Assembly (NCBI GenBank): GCA_030390025.1
Contig: JASTWF010000349.1
Coordinates: 310,001 to 374,000 of the forward strand
Direction: 5' to 3'
Source of the DNA: Squalus acanthias
Taxonomy: Eukaryota
Length of the DNA stretch: 64,000 bases
The notes under the pieces were generated by a model, which did no database searches, was not told the origin of the DNA, and saw only the letters and a program-made list of their open reading frames with translations. Shown here piece after piece: positions 24,301-39,300 of the stretch; within the stretch, counting starts at the first letter, position 1; every line of letters starts with the position of its first letter. Made by a program: the position numbers and the translations under genes.

Positions 24301-27300
24301 CATTCACCCTCAGTCCCTCTCCCCTCATTTACCCTCAGTCTCTATCCCCTCATTTTCCCTCAGTCTCTATCCCCTCATTCACCCTCAGTCTCTCTCCCCT
24401 CATTCACCCTCAGTCCCTCTCCCCTCATTTACCCTCAGTCTCTATCCCCTCATTCACCCTCAGTCTCTCTCCCCTCATTCACTCTCAGTCTCTCTCCCCT
24501 AATTTACCTCAGTTCCTCTCCCCTCATTCACTCTCAGTCCCTCTCCCCTCATTCACCCTCAGTTCCTCTCCCCTCATTCACCCTCAGTCCCTCTCCGCTC
24601 ATTTACTCTCAATCCCTCTCCCCTCATTTACCCACAGTCCCTCTCCCATTTACCTCAGTCCCTCTCCCCTCATTAACCTCAGTCCCTCTCCCCTCATTTA
24701 CCTCTGTCCCTCTCCCTCCATTTACCTCAGTCCCTCGCCCCTCATTTACCCTCAGTCCCTCTCCCATTTAGCTCATTCCCGCTCCCCTCATTAACGTCAG
24801 TCCCTCTCCCCTCATTCACCCTCAGTTCCTCTCCATTGTGCTATCCAGCAGATTTGATGTGCAGGTCTCTCCAGGCTGAGATTCAAGGCTGAAATAAGCA
24901 GGATGTGGATGGAAAGCAAGCTCAACCCTCCCCTTTAAGAACTGGCCGGCGCCATTGTGTCTGTATTCCATTGCTGACAGACATCACATGAGCTTCGCCA
25001 GTGCTCTGAGTTAGCGCCTCGCTCCTCGGCCTTTGCGCCTTAAGACAGATGTGTAGCGCCCGATTTAGCGCTCCAATCACCTCCAGGGGCGACAAAAGTC
25101 AAGTTTGCAGTCGGAGGTGATAATTAGCGCCAGGCGCTAATCTTTGCGCCCGGCCAATAATTGCGCACCAAATGGGGCGATACTGAATTTTACCCCCATT
25201 GACTCTATTTACCTTCAGTGCCTCTCCCCTCATTTACCCTCAGTCCCTCTGCCCTCATTTACCCTCAGTCCCTCTCCCCTCATTCACCCTCAGTCCCTCT
25301 CCCCTCATTTACCCTCAGTCCCTCTCCCCTCATTTACCTCAGTCCCTCTCCCCTCATTTACCCTCAGTCCCTCTCCCGTCATTTACCTCAGTCCCTCTCC
25401 CCTCATTTACCCTGCCCCTCTCCCCTCATTAACCTCAGTCCCTCTCCCCTCATTTACCTCAGTCCCTCTCCCCTCATTTACCCTCAGTCCCTCTCCCCTC
25501 ATTTACCATCAGTCCCTCTCCCCTCATTTACCCTCAGTCCCTCTACCCTCATTTACCCTCAGTCCCTCTCCCCTCATTCACTCTCAGTCACTCTCCCCTC
25601 ATTAACCTCAGTTCCTCTCCCCTCATTCACCCTCAGTCCCTCTCCGCTCATTTACCCTCAGTCACTCTCCCCTCATTCACCCTCAGTCCCTCTCCCCTCA
25701 TTTACCTGTCCCTCTCCCCTCATTTACGTCAGTCGCTCTCCCCTCATTTACCCTCAGTATCTCTCCCCTCATTAACCTCAGTTCCTCTCCCCTCATTAAC
25801 CTCAGTCCCTCTCCCCTCATTCACCCTCAGTCCCTCTCCGCTCATTTACCCTCAGTCCCTCTCCACTCATTCACTCTCAGACCCTCTCCCCTCATTCACC
25901 CTCAGTTCCTCTCCATTGTGCTATCCAGCAGATTTGATGTGCAGGTCTCTCCAGGCTGAGATTCAAGGCTGCAATAAGCAGGATGTGGATGGAAAGCAAG
26001 CTCAACCCTCCCCTTTAAGAACTGGCCGGCGCCATTGTGTCTGTGTTCCATTGCTGACAGACATCACATGAGCTTCGCCAGCGCTCTGAGTTAGCGCCTC
26101 GCTCCTCGGCCTTTGCGCCTTAAGACAGATGTGTAGCGCCCGATTTAGCGCTCCAATCACCTCCAGGGGCGACAAAAGTCAAGTTTGCAGTCGGAGGTGA
26201 TAATTAGCGCCAGGCGCTAATCTTTGCGCCCGACCAATAATTGCGCCCCAAATGGGGCGATACTGAATTTTACCCCCATTGACTCTATTTACCTTCAGTG
26301 CCTCTCCCTTCGTTTACCCTCAGTCCCTCTGCCCTCATTTACCCTCAGTCCCTCTCCCCTCATTAACCTCAGTCCCTCTCCCCTCATTCACCCTCTGTCC
26401 CTCTCCCCTCATTCACCCTCAGTCCCTCTCCCCTCATTCACCCTCAGTCCCTCTCCCCTCATTTACCCTCAGTCTCTATCCCCTCATTCACCCTCAGTCT
26501 CTCTCCCCTCATTCACTCTCAGTCTCTCTCCCCTCATTTAACTCAGTTCCTCTCCCCTCATTCACCCTCAGTCCCTCTCCCCTCATTTACCCTCAGTCTC
26601 TATCCCCTCATTCACCCTCAGTCTCTCTCCCCTCCTTCACCCTCAGTCCATCTCCCCTCATTTACCCTCAGTCTCTATCCCCTCATTCACCCTCAGTCTC
26701 TCTCCCCTCATTCACTCTCAGTCTCTCTCCCCTCATTTACCTCAGTTCCTCTCCCCTCATTCACTCACAGTCCCTCTCCCCTCATTCACCCTCAGTTCCT
26801 CTCCCCTCATTCACCCTCAGTCCCTCTCCGCTCATTTACTCTCAGTCCCTCTCCCCTCATTTACCCACAGTCCCTCTCCCATTTACCTCAGTCCCTCTCC
26901 CCTCATTAACCTCAGTCCCTCTCCCCTCATTTACCTCTGTCCCTCTCCCTCCATTTACGTCAGTCCCTCTCCCCTCATTTACCCTCAGTCCCTCTCACAT
27001 TTACCTCATTCCCGCTCCCCTCATTAACGTCAGTCCCTCTCCCCTCATTTACCTCAGTCCCTCTCCCCTCATTTACCTCGGTCCCTCTCCCCTTATTCAC
27101 CCTCAGTCCCTCATTTACCATCAGTCCCTCTCCCCTCATTCACCCTCTGTCCCTCTCCCCTCATTCACCCACTGTCCCTCTCCCCTCATTTCCCCTCAGT
27201 CTCCCTCCCCTCATTAACCTCAGTTCCTCTCCCCTCATTAACCTCAGTCCCTCTCCCCTCATTCACCCTCAGTCCCTCTCCGCTCATTTACCCTCAGTCC

Positions 27301-30300
27301 CTCTCCACTCATTCACTCTCAGACCCTCTCCCCTCATTCACCCTCAGTTCCTCTCCATTGTGCTTTCCAGCAGTTTTAATGTGCAGGTCTCTCCAGGCCG
27401 AGATTCAAGGCTGCAATGAGCAGGATGTGGATGGAAAGAAAGATCAACCCTCCCCTTTAAGAACTGGCCGGCGTCATTGTGTCTGTGTTCCATTGCTGAC
27501 TGACATCACATGAGCTTCGCCAACGCTCTGAGTTAGCGCCTCGCTCCTTGGCCTTTGCGCCTTAAGTCAGATGTGTAGCGCCTGATTTAGTGCTCCAATC
27601 ACCTCCATGGGCGACAAAAGTCAAGTTTGCAGTCGGAGGTGATAATTAGCGCCAGGCGCTAATCTTTGCGCCCGGCCAATAATTGCGCCCCAAATGGGGC
27701 GATACTGAATTTTACCCCCATTGACTCTATTTACCTTCAGTGCCTCTCCCCTCGTTTACACTCAGTCCTCATTTACCCTCAGTCCCTCTCCCCTCATTCA
27801 CCCTCAGTCCCTCTCCCCTCATTTACCTCAGTCCCTCTCCCCTCATTTAACCTCAGTCCCTCTCTCCTCATTTACCCTGTCTCTCTCCCCTCATTCACTC
27901 TCAGTCTCTCTCCCTCATTTACCCTCAGTCCCTCTCCCCTCATTCACTCTCAGTCCCTCTCCCCTCATTTTCCCTCAGTCCCTCTCCCCTCATTAACCTC
28001 AGATCCTCTCCCCTCATTTACCTCAGTCCCTCTCCCCTCATTCACTGTCAGTCCCTCTCCCCTCATTTTCCCTCAGTTCCTCTCCCCTCATTCACCCTCA
28101 GTCCCTCTCCGCTCATTTACTCTCAGTCCCTCTCCCCTCATTTACCCACAGTCCCTCTCCCATTTACCTCAGTCCCTCTCCCCTCATTAACCTCAGTCCC
28201 TCTCCCCTCATTTACCTCTGTCCCTCTCCCCCCATTTACCTCAGTCCCTCTCCCCTCATTTACCCTCAGTCCCTCTCCCATTTACCTCATTCCCGCTCCC
28301 CTCATTAACCTCAGTCCCTCTCCCCTCATTTACCTCAGTCCCTCTCCCCTCATTTACCTCGGTCCCTCTCCCCTCATTCACCCTCAGTCCCTCATTCACC
28401 CTCAGTCCCTCTCCCCTCATTTACCCTCTGTCCCTCTCCCCTCATTCACCCTCTGTCCCTCTCCCCTCATTTACCCTCAGTCCCTCTCCCCTCATTTACC
28501 CTCAGTCCCTCTCCCCTCATTCACTCTCAGTCACTCTCACCTCATTAACCTCAGTTCCTCTCCCCTCATTCACCCTCAGTCCCTCTCCGCTCATTTACCC
28601 TCAGTCACTCTCCCCTCATTCACCCTCAGTCCCTCTCCCCTCATTTACCTGTCCCTCTCCCCTCATTTACCCTCAGTATCTCTCCCCTCATTAACCTCAG
28701 TTCCTCTCCCCTCATTAACCTCAGTCCCTCTCCCCTCATTCACCCTCAGTCCCTCTCCGCTCATTTACCCTCAGTCCCTCTCCACTCATTCACTCTCAGA
28801 CCCTCTCCCCTCATTCACCCTCAGTTCCTCTCCATTGTGCGATCCAGCAGATTTGATGTGCAGGTCTCTCCAGGCTGAGATTCAAGGCTGCAATAAGCAG
28901 GATGTGGATGGAAAGCAAGCTCAACCCTCCCCTTTAAGAACTGGCCGGCGCCATTGTGTCTGTGTTCCATTGCTGACAGACATCACATGAGCTTCGCCAG
29001 CGCTCTGAGTTAGCGCCTCGCTCCTCGGCCTTTGCGCCTTAAGACAGATGTGTAGCGCCCGATTTAGCGCTCCAATCACCTCCAGGGGCGACAAAAGTCA
29101 AGTTTGCAGTCGGAGGTGATAATTAGCGCCAGGCGCTAATCTTTGCGCCCGACCAATAATTGCGCCCCAAATGGGGCGATACTGAATTTTACCCCCATTG
29201 ACTCTATTTACCTTCAGTGCCTCTCCCCTCGTTTACCCTCAGTCCCTCTGCCCTCATTTACCCTCAGTCCCTCTCCCCTCATTCACCCTCAGTCCCTCTC
29301 CCCTCATTTACCCTCAGTCCCTCTCCCCTCATTTACCTCAGTCCCTCTCCCCTCATTTACCCTCAGTCCCTCTCCCGTCATTTACCTCAGTCCCTCTCCC
29401 CTCATTTACCCTGCCCCTCTCCCCTCATTAACCTCAGTCCCTCTCCCCTCATTTACCTCAGTCCCTCTCCCCTCATTTACCCTCAGTCCCTCTCCCCTCG
29501 TTTACCCTCAGTCCCTCTACCCTCATTTGCCCTCAGTCCCTCTCCCCTCATTTAACCTCAGTCTCTATCCCCTCATTTCCCCTCAGTCTCTATCCCCTCA
29601 TTCACCCTGAGTCCCTCTCCCCTCATTAACCTCAGTCCCTCTCCCCTCATTAACCTCAGTCCCTCTTCCCTCATTTACCCTCAGTCTCTATCCCCTCATT
29701 TTCCCTCAGTCTCTATCCCCTCATTCACCCTCAGTCTCTCTCCCCTCATTCACCCTCAGTCCCTCTCCCCTCATTTACCCTCAGTCTCTATCCCCTCATT
29801 CACCCTCAGTCTCTCTCCCCTCATTCACTCTCAGTCTCTCTCCCCTCATTTACCTCAGTTCCTCTCCCCTCATTCACTCTCAGTCCCTCTCCCCTCATTC
29901 ACCCTCAGTTCCTCTCCCCTCATTCACCCTCAGTCCCTCTCCGCTCATTTACTCTCAGTCCCTCTCCCCTCATTTACCCACAGTCCCTCTCCCATTTACC
30001 TCAGTCCCTCTCCCCTCATTAACCTCAGTCCCTCTCCCCTCATTTACCTCTGTCCCTCTCCCTCCATTTACCTCAGTCCCTCACCCATCATTTACCCTCA
30101 GTCCCTCTCCCATTTGCCTCATTCCCGCTCCCCTCATTAACGTCAGTCCCTCTCCCCTCATTCACCCTCAGTTCCTCTCCATTGTGCTATCCAGCAGATT
30201 TGATGTGCAGGTCTCTCCAGGCTGAGATTCAAGGCTGAAATAAGCAGGATGTGGATGGAATGCAAGCTCAACCCTCCCCTTTAAGAACTGGCCGGCGCCA

Positions 30301-33300
30301 TTGTGTCTGTATTCCATTGCTGACAGACATCACATGAGCTTCGCCAGTGCTCTGAGTTAGCGCCTCGCTCCTCGGCCTTTGCGCCTTAAGACAGATGTGT
30401 AGCGCCCGATTTAGCGCTCCAATCACCTCCAGGGGCGACAAAAGTCAAGTTTGCAGTCAGAGGTGATAATTAGCGCCAGGCGCTAATCTTTGCGCCCGGC
30501 CAATAATTGCGCCCCAAATGGGGCGATACTGAATTTTACCCCCATTGACTCTATTTACCTTCAGTGCCTCTCCCCTCATTTACCCTCATTCCCTCTGCCC
30601 TCATTTACCCTCAGTCCCTCTCCCCTCATTCACCCTCAGTCCCTCTCCCCTCATTTACCCTCAGTCCCTCTCCCCTCATTTACCTCAGTCCCTCTCCCCT
30701 CATTTACCCTCAGTCCCTCTCCCGTCATTTACCTCAGTCCCTCTTCCCTCATTTACCCTGCCCCTCTCCTCTCATTAACCTCAGTCCCTCTCCCCTCATT
30801 TACCTCAGTCCCTCTCCCCTCATTTACCCTCAGTCCCTCTCCCCTCATTTACCATCAGTCCCTCTCCCCTCATTTACCCTCAGTCCCTGTCCCCTCATTT
30901 ACCCTCAGTCCCTCTCCCCTCATTTCCTCAGTCCCTCTCCCCTCATTAACCTCAGTCCCTCTCCCCTCATTAACCTCAGTCCCTCTGCCCTCATTCACCC
31001 TCTGTCCCTCTCCCCTCATTCACCCTCAGTCCCTCTCCCCTCATTCACCCTCAGTCCCTCTCCCCTCATTTACCCTCAGTCTCTATCCCCTCATTCACCC
31101 TCAGTCTCTCTCCCCTCATTCACTCTCCGTCTCTCTCCCCTCATTTACCTCAGTTCCTCTCCCCTCATTCACCCTCAGTCCCTCTCCCCTCATTTACCCT
31201 CCGTCTCTATCCCCTCATTCACCCTCAGTCTCTCTCCCCTCATTCACCCTCAGTTCCTCTCCCCTCATTTACCCTCAGTCTCTATCCCTTCATTCACCCT
31301 CAGTCTCTCTCCCCTCATTCACTCTCAGTCTCTCTCCCCTCATTTACCTCAGTTCCTCTCCCCTCATTCACTCTCAGTCCCTCTCCCCTCATTCACCCTC
31401 AGTTCCTCTCCCCTCATTCACCCTCAGTCCCTCTCCGCTCATTTACTCTCAGTCCCTCTCCCCTCATTTACCCACAGTCCCTCTCCCATTTACCTCAGTC
31501 CCTCTCCCCTCATTAACCTCAGTCCCTCTCCCCTCATTTACCTCTGTCCCTCTCCCTCCATTTACCGCAGTCCCTCTCCCCTCATTTACCCTCAGTCCCT
31601 CTCACATTTACCTCATTCCCGCTCCCCTCATTAACGTCAGTCCCTCTCCCCTCATTTACCTCAGTCCCTCTCCCCTCATTTACCTCGGTCCCTCTCCCCT
31701 CATTCACCCTCAGTCCCTCATTTACCCTCAGTCCCTCTCCCCTCATTCACCCTCTGTCCCTCTCCCCTCATTCACCCTCTGTCCCTCTCCCCTCATTTAC
31801 CCTCAGTCTCTCTCCCCTCATTAAACTCAGTTCCTCTCCCCTCATTAACCTCAGTCCCTCTCCCCTCATTCACCCTCAGTCCCTCTCCGCTCATTTACCC
31901 TCAGTCCCTCTCCACTCATTCACTCTCAGACCCTCTCCCCTCATTCACCCTCAGTTTCTCTCCATTGTGCTATCCAGCAGATTTGATGTGCAGGTCTCTC
32001 CAGACTGAGATTCAAGGCTGCAATAAGCAGGATGTGGATGGAAAGCAAGCTCAACCCTCCCCATTAAGAACTGGCCGGCGCCATTGTGTCTGTGTTCCAT
32101 TGCTGACAGACATCACATGAGCTTCGCCAGCGCTCTGAGTTAGCGCCTCGCTCCTCGGCCTTTGCGCCTTAAGACAGATGAGTAGCGCCTGATTTAGCGC
32201 TCCAATCACCTCCAGGGGCGACAAAAGTCAAGTTTGCAGTCGGAGGTGATAATTAGCGCCAGGGGCTAATCTTTGCGCCCGGCCAATAATTGCGCCCCAA
32301 ATGGGGCGATACTGAATTTTACCCCCATTGACTCTATTTACCTTCAGTGCCTCTCCCCTCATTTAGCCTCAGTCCCTCTGCCCTCATTTACCCTCAGTCC
32401 CTCTCCCCTCATTCACCCTCAGTCCCTCTCCCCTCATTTACCCTCAGTCCCTCTCCCCTCATTTACCTCAGTCCCTCTCCCCTCATTTACCCTCAGTCCC
32501 TCTCCCGTCATTTACCTCAGTCCCTCTCCCCTCATTTACCCTGCCCCTCTCCCCTCATTAACCTCAGTCCCTCTCCCCTCATTTACCTCAGTCCCTCTCC
32601 CCTCATTTACCCTCAGTCCCTCTCCCCTCATTTACCATCAGTCCCTCTCCCCTCATTTACCCTCAGTCCCTCTCCCCTCATTTACCCTCAGTCCCTCTCC
32701 CCTCATTTCCTCAGTCCCTCTCCCCTCATTAACCTCAGTCCCTCTCCCCTCATTAAGCTCAGTCCCTCTCCCCTCATTCACCCTCTGTCCCTCTCCCCTC
32801 ATTCACCCTCAGTCCCTCTCCCCTCATTCACCCTCAGTCCCTCTCCCCTCATTTACCCTCAGTCTCTATCCCCTCATTCACCCTCAGTCTCTCTCCCCTC
32901 ATTCACTCTCAGTCTCTCTCCCCTCATTTAACTCAGTCTCTCTCCCCTCATTCACCCTCAGTCCCTCTCCCCTCATTTACCCTCAGTCTCTATCCCCTCA
33001 TTCACCCTCAGTCTCTCTCCCCTCATTCACTCTCAGTCTCTCTCCCCTCATTTACCTCAGTTCCTCTCCCCTCATTCACTCACAGTCCCTCTCCCCTCAT
33101 TCACCCTCAGTTCCTCTCCCCTCATTCACCCTCAGTCCCTCTCCGCTCATTTACTCTCAGACCCTCTCCCCTCATTTACCCACAGTCCCTCTTCCATTTA
33201 CCTCAGTCCCTCTCCCCTCATTAACCTCAGTCCCTCTCCCCTCATTTACCTCTGTTCCTCTCCCTCCATTTACCTCAGTCCCTCTCCCCTCATTTACCCT

Positions 33301-36300
33301 CAGTCCCTCTCACATTTACCTCATTCCCGCTCCCCTCATTAACGTCAGTCCCTCTCCCCTCATTTACCTCAGTCCCTCTCCCCTCATTTACCTCGGTCCC
33401 TCTCCCCTCATTCACCCTCAGTCCCTCATTTACCCTCAGTCTCTCTCCCCTCATTAACCTCAGTTCCTCTCCCCTCATTAACCTCAGTCCCTCTCCCCTC
33501 ATTCACCCTCAGTCCCTCTCCGCTCATTTACCCTCAGTCCCTCTCCACTCATTCACTCTCAGACCCTCTCCCCTCATTCACCCTCAGTTCCTCTCCATTG
33601 TGCTTTCCAGCAGATTTGATGTGCAGGTCTCTCCAGGCCGAGATTCAAGGCTGCAATGAGCAGGATGTGGATGGAAAGAAAGATCAACCCTTCCCTTTAA
33701 GAACTGGCCGGCGTCATTGTGTCTGTGTTCCATTGCTGACTGACATCACATGAGCTTCGCCAGCGCTCTGAGTTAGCGCCTCGCTCCTTGGCCTTTGCGC
33801 CTTAAGTCATATGTGTAGCGCCTGATTTAGTGCTCCAATCACCTCCATGGACGACAAAAGTCAAGTTTGCAGTCGGAGGTGATAATTAGCGCCAGGCGCT
33901 AATCTTTGCGCCCGGCCAATAATTGCGCCCCAAATGGGGCGATACTGAATTTTACCCCCATTGACTCTATTTACCTTCAGTGCCTCTCCCCTCGTTTACA
34001 CTATGTCCTCATTTACCCTCAGTCCCTCTCCCCTCATTCACCCTCAGTCCCTCTCCCCTCATTTACCTCAGTCCCTCTCCCCTCATTTAACCTCAGTCCC
34101 TCTCTCCTCATTTATCCTGTCCCTCTCCCCTCACTCACTCTCAGTCTCTCTCCCTCATTTACCCTCAGTCCCTCTCCCCTCATTCACTCTCAGTCCCTCT
34201 CCCCTCATTTTCCCTCAGTCCCTCTCCCCTCATTAACCTCAGATCCTCTCCCCTCATTTACCTCAGTCCCTCTCCCCTCTTTCACTGTCAGTCCCTCTCC
34301 CCTCATTTTCCCTCAGTTCCTCTCCCCTCATTCACCCTCAGTCCCTCTCCGCTCATTTACTCTCAGTCCCTCTCCCCTCATTTACCCACAGTCCCTCTCC
34401 CATTTACCTCAGTCCCTCTCCCCTCATTAACCTCAGTCCCTCTCCCCTCATTTACCTCTGTCCCTCTCCCCCCATTTACCTCTGTCCCTCTCCCCTCATT
34501 TACACTCAGTCCCTCTCCCATTTACCTCATTCCCGCTCCCCTCATTAACCTCAGTCCCTCTCCCCTCATTTACCTCAGTCCCTCTCCCCTCATTTACCTC
34601 GGTCCCTCTCCCCTCATTCACCCTCAGTCCCTCATTCACCCTCAGTCCCTCTCCCCTCATTTACCCTCTGTCCCTCTCCCCTCATTCACCCTCTGTCCCT
34701 CTCCCCTCATTTACCCTCAGTCCCTCTACCCTCATTTACCCTCAGTCCCTCTCCCCTCATTCACTCTCAGTCACTCTCCCCTCATTAAACTCAGTTCCTC
34801 TCCCCTCATTCACCCTCAGTCCCTCTCCGCTCATTTACCCTCAGTCACTCTCCCCTCATTCACCCTCAGTCCCTCTCCCCTCATTTACCTGTCCCTCTCC
34901 CCTCATTTACGTCAGTCGCTCTCCCCTCATTTACCCTCAGTATCTCTCCCCTCATTAACCTCAGTTCCTCTCTCCTCATTAACCTCAGTCCCTCTCCCCT
35001 CATTCACCCTCAGTCCCTCTCCGCTCATTTACCCTCAGTCCCTCTCCACTCATTCACTCTCAGACCCTCTCCCCTCATTCACCCTCAGTTTCTCTCCATT
35101 GTGCTATCCAGCAGATTTGATGTGCAGGTCTCTCCAGGCTGAGATTCAAGGCTGCAATAAGCAGGATGTGGATGGAAAGCAAGCTCAACCCTCCCCTTTA
35201 AGAACTGGCCGGCGCCATTGTGTCTGTGTTCCATTGCTGACAGACATCACATGAGCTTCGCCAGCGCTCTGAGTTAGCGCCTCGCTCCTCGGCCTTTGCG
35301 CCTTAAGACAGATTTGTAGCGCCCGATTTAGCGCTCCAATCACCTCCAGGGGCGACAAAAGTCAAGTTTGCAGTCGGAGGTGATAATTAGCGCCAGGCGC
35401 TAATCTTTGCGCCCGACCAATAATTGCGCCCCAAATGGGGCGATACTGAATTTTACCCCCATTGACTCTATTTACCTTCAGTGCCTCTCCCCTCGTTTAC
35501 CCTCAGTCCCTCTGCCCTCATTTACCCTCAGTCCCTCTCCCCTCATTCACCCTCAGTCCCTCTCCCCTCATTTACCCTCAGTCCCTCTCCCCTCATTTAC
35601 CTCAGTCCCTCTCCCCTCATTTACCCTCAGTCCCTCTCCCGTCATTTACCTCAGTCCCTCTCCCCTCATTTACCCTGCCCCTCTCCCCTCATTAACCTCA
35701 GTCCCTCTCCCCTCATTTACCTCAGTCCCTCTCCCCTCATTTACCCTCAGTCCCTCTCCCCTCATTTACCCTCAGTCCCTCTACCCTCATTTACCCTCAG
35801 TCCCTCTCCCCTCATTTACCCTCAGTCTCTATCCCCTCATTCACCCTCAGTCTCTCTCCCCTCATTCACCCTCAGTCCCTCTCCCCTCATTTACCCTCAG
35901 TCTCTATCCCCTCATTCACCCTCAGTCTCTCTCCCCTCATTCACTCTCAGTCTCTCTCCCCTAATTTACCTCAGTTCCTCTCCCCTCATTCACTCTCAGT
36001 CCCTCTCCCCTCATTCACCCTCAGTTCCTCTCCCCTCATTCACCCTCAGTCCCTCTCCGCTCATTTACTCTCAATCCCTCTCCCCTCATTTACCCACAGT
36101 CCCTCTCCCATTTACCTCAGTCCCTCTCCCCTCATTAACCTCAGTCCCTCTCCCCTCATTTACCTCTGTCCCTCTCCCTCCATTTACCTCAGTCCCTCGC
36201 CCCTCATTTACCCTCAGTCCCTCTCCCATTTAGCTCATTCCCGCTCCCCTCATTAACGTCAGTCCCTCTCCCCTCATTCACCCTCAGTTCCTCTCCATTG

Positions 36301-39300
36301 TGCTATCCAGCAGATTTGATGTGCAGGTCTCTCCAGGCTGAGATTCAAGGCTGAAATAAGCAGGATGTGGATGGAAAGCAAGCTCAACCCTCCCCTTTAA
36401 GAACTGGCCGGCGCCATTGTGTCTGTGTTCCATTGCTGACAGACATCACATGAGCTTCGCCAGTGCTCTGAGTTAGCACCTCGCTCCTCGGCCTTTGCGC
36501 CTTAAGACAGATGTGTAGCGCCCGATTTAGCGCTCCAATCACCTCCAGGGGCGACAAAAGTCAAGTTTGCAGTCGGAGGTGATAATTAGCGCCAGGCGCT
36601 AATCTTTGCGCCCGGCCAATAATTGCGCCCCAAATGGGGCGATACTGAATTTTACCCCCATTGACTCTATTTACCTTCAGTGCCTCTCCCCTCGTTTACC
36701 CTCAGTCCCTCTGCCCTCATTTACCCTCAGTCCCTCTCCCCTCATTCACCCTCAGTCCCTCTCCCCTCATTTACCCTCAGTCCCTCTCCCCTCATTTACC
36801 TCAGTCCCTCTCCCCTCATTTACCCTCAGTCCCTCTCCCGTCATTTACCTCAGTCCCTCTCCCCTCATTTACCCTGCCTCTCTCCCCTCATTAACCTCAG
36901 TCCCTCTCCCCTCATTTACCTCAGTCCCTCTCCCCTCATTTACCCTCAGTCCCTCTCCCCTCATTTACCCTCAGTCCCTCTCCCCTCATTTACCCTCAGT
37001 CCCTCTCCCCTCATTTACCCTCAGTCTCTATCCCCTCATTTTCCCTCAGTCTCTATCCCCTCATTCACCCTCAGTCCCTCTCCCCTCATTTACCCTCAGT
37101 CTCTATCCCCTCATTTTCCCTCAGTCTCTATCCCCTCATTCACCCTCAGTCTCTCTCCCCTCATTCACCCTCAGTCCCTCTCCCCTCATTTACCCACAGT
37201 CCCTCTCCCATTTACCCTGCCCCTCTCCCCTCATTAACCTCAGTCCCTCTCCCCTCATTTACCTCAGTCCCTCTCCCCTCATTTACCCTCAGTCCCTCTC
37301 CCCTCATTTACCATCAGACCCTCTCCCCTCATTTACCCTCAGTCCCTCTACCCTCATTTACCCTCAGTCCCTCTCCCCTCATTCACTCTCAGTCACTCTC
37401 CCCTCATTAACCTCAGTTGCTCTCCCCTCATTCACCCTCAGTCCCTCTCCGCTCATTTACCCTCAGTCACTCTCCCCTCATTCACCCTCAGTCCCTCTCC
37501 CCTCATTTACCTGTCCCTCTCCCCTCATTTACGTCAGTCGCTCTCCCCTCATTTACCCTCAGTATCTCTCCCCTCATTAACCTCAGTTCCTCTCCCCTCA
37601 TTAACCTCAGTCCCTCTCCCCTCATTCACCCTCAGTCCCTCTCCGCTCATTTACCCTCAGTCCCTCTCCACTCATTCACTCTCAGACCCTCTCCCCTCAT
37701 TCACCCTCAGTTCCTCTCCATTGAGCTATCCAGCAGATTTGATGTGCAGGTCTCTCCAGGCTGAGATTCAAGGCTGCAATAAGCAGGATGTGGATGGAAA
37801 GCAAGCTCAACCCTCCCCTTTAAGAACTGGCCGGCGCCATTGTGTCTGTGTTCCATTGCTGACAGACATCACATGAGCTTCGCCAGCGCTCTGAGTTAGC
37901 GCCTCGCTCCTCGGCCTTTGCGCCTTAAGACAGATGTGTAGCGCCCGATTTAGCGCTCCAATCACCTCCAGGGGCGACAAAAGTCAAGTTTGCAGTCGGA
38001 GGTGATAATTAGCGCCAGGCGCTAATCTTTGCGCCCGACCAATAATTGCGCCCCAAATGGGGCGATACTGAATTTTACCCCCATTGACTCTATTTACCTT
38101 CAGTGCCTCTCCCTTCGTTTACCCTCAGTCCCTCTGCCCTCATTTACCCTCAGTCCCTCTCCCCTCATTCACCCTCAGTCCCTCTCCCCTCATTTACCCT
38201 CAGTCCCTCTCCCCTCATTTACCTCAGTCCCTCTCCCCTCATTTACCCTCAGTCCCTCTCCCGTCATTTACCTCAGTCCCTCTCCCCTCATTTACCCTGC
38301 CCCTCTCCCCTCATTAACCTCAGTCCCTCTCCCCTCATTTACCTCAGTCCCTCTCCCCTCATTTACCCTCAGTCCCTCTCCCCTCATTTACCCTCAGTCC
38401 CTCTACCCTCATTTACCCTCAGTCCCTCTCCCCTCATTTACCCTCAGTCTCTATCCCCTCATTTCCCCTCAGTCTCTATCCCCTCATTCACCCTCAGTCC
38501 CTCTCCCCTCATTTACCCTCAGTCTCTATCCCCTCATTCACCCTCAGTCTCTCTCCCCTCATTCACCCTCAGTCCCTCTCCCCTCATTTACCCTCAGTCT
38601 CTATCCCCTCATTCACCCTCAGTCTCTCTCCCCTCATTCACTCTCAGTCTCTCTCCCCTCATTTACCTCAGTTCCTCTCCCCTCATTCACTCTCAGTCCC
38701 TCTCCCCTCATTCACCCTCAGTTCCTCTCCCCTCATTCACCCTCAGTCCCTCTCCGCTCATTTACTCTCAATCCCTCTCCCCTCATTCACCCTCAGTCCC
38801 TCTCCCCTCATTTACCCTCAGTCCCTCTCCCCTCATTTACCTCAGTCCCTCTCCCCTCATTTACCCTCAGTCCCTCTCCCGTCATTTACCTCAGTCCCTC
38901 TCCCCTCATTTACCCTGCCCCTCTCCCCTCATTAACCTCAGTCCCTCTCCCCTCATTTACCTCAGTCCCTCTCCCCTCATTTACCCTCAGTCCCTCTCCC
39001 CTCATTTACCATCAGGCCCTCTCCCCTCATTTACCCTCAGTCCCTCTACCCTCATTTACCCTCAGTCCCTCTCCCCTCATTCACTCTCAGTCACTCTCAC
39101 CTCATTAACCTCAGTTCCTCTCCCCTCATTCACCCTCAGTCCCTCTCCGCTCATTTACCCTCAGTCACTCTCCCCTCATTCACCCTCAGTCCCTCTCCCC
39201 TCATTTACCTGTCCCTCTCCCCTCATTTACGTCAGTCGCTCTCCCCTCATTTACCCTCAGTATCTCTCCCCTCATTAACCTCAGTTCCTCTCCCCTCATT

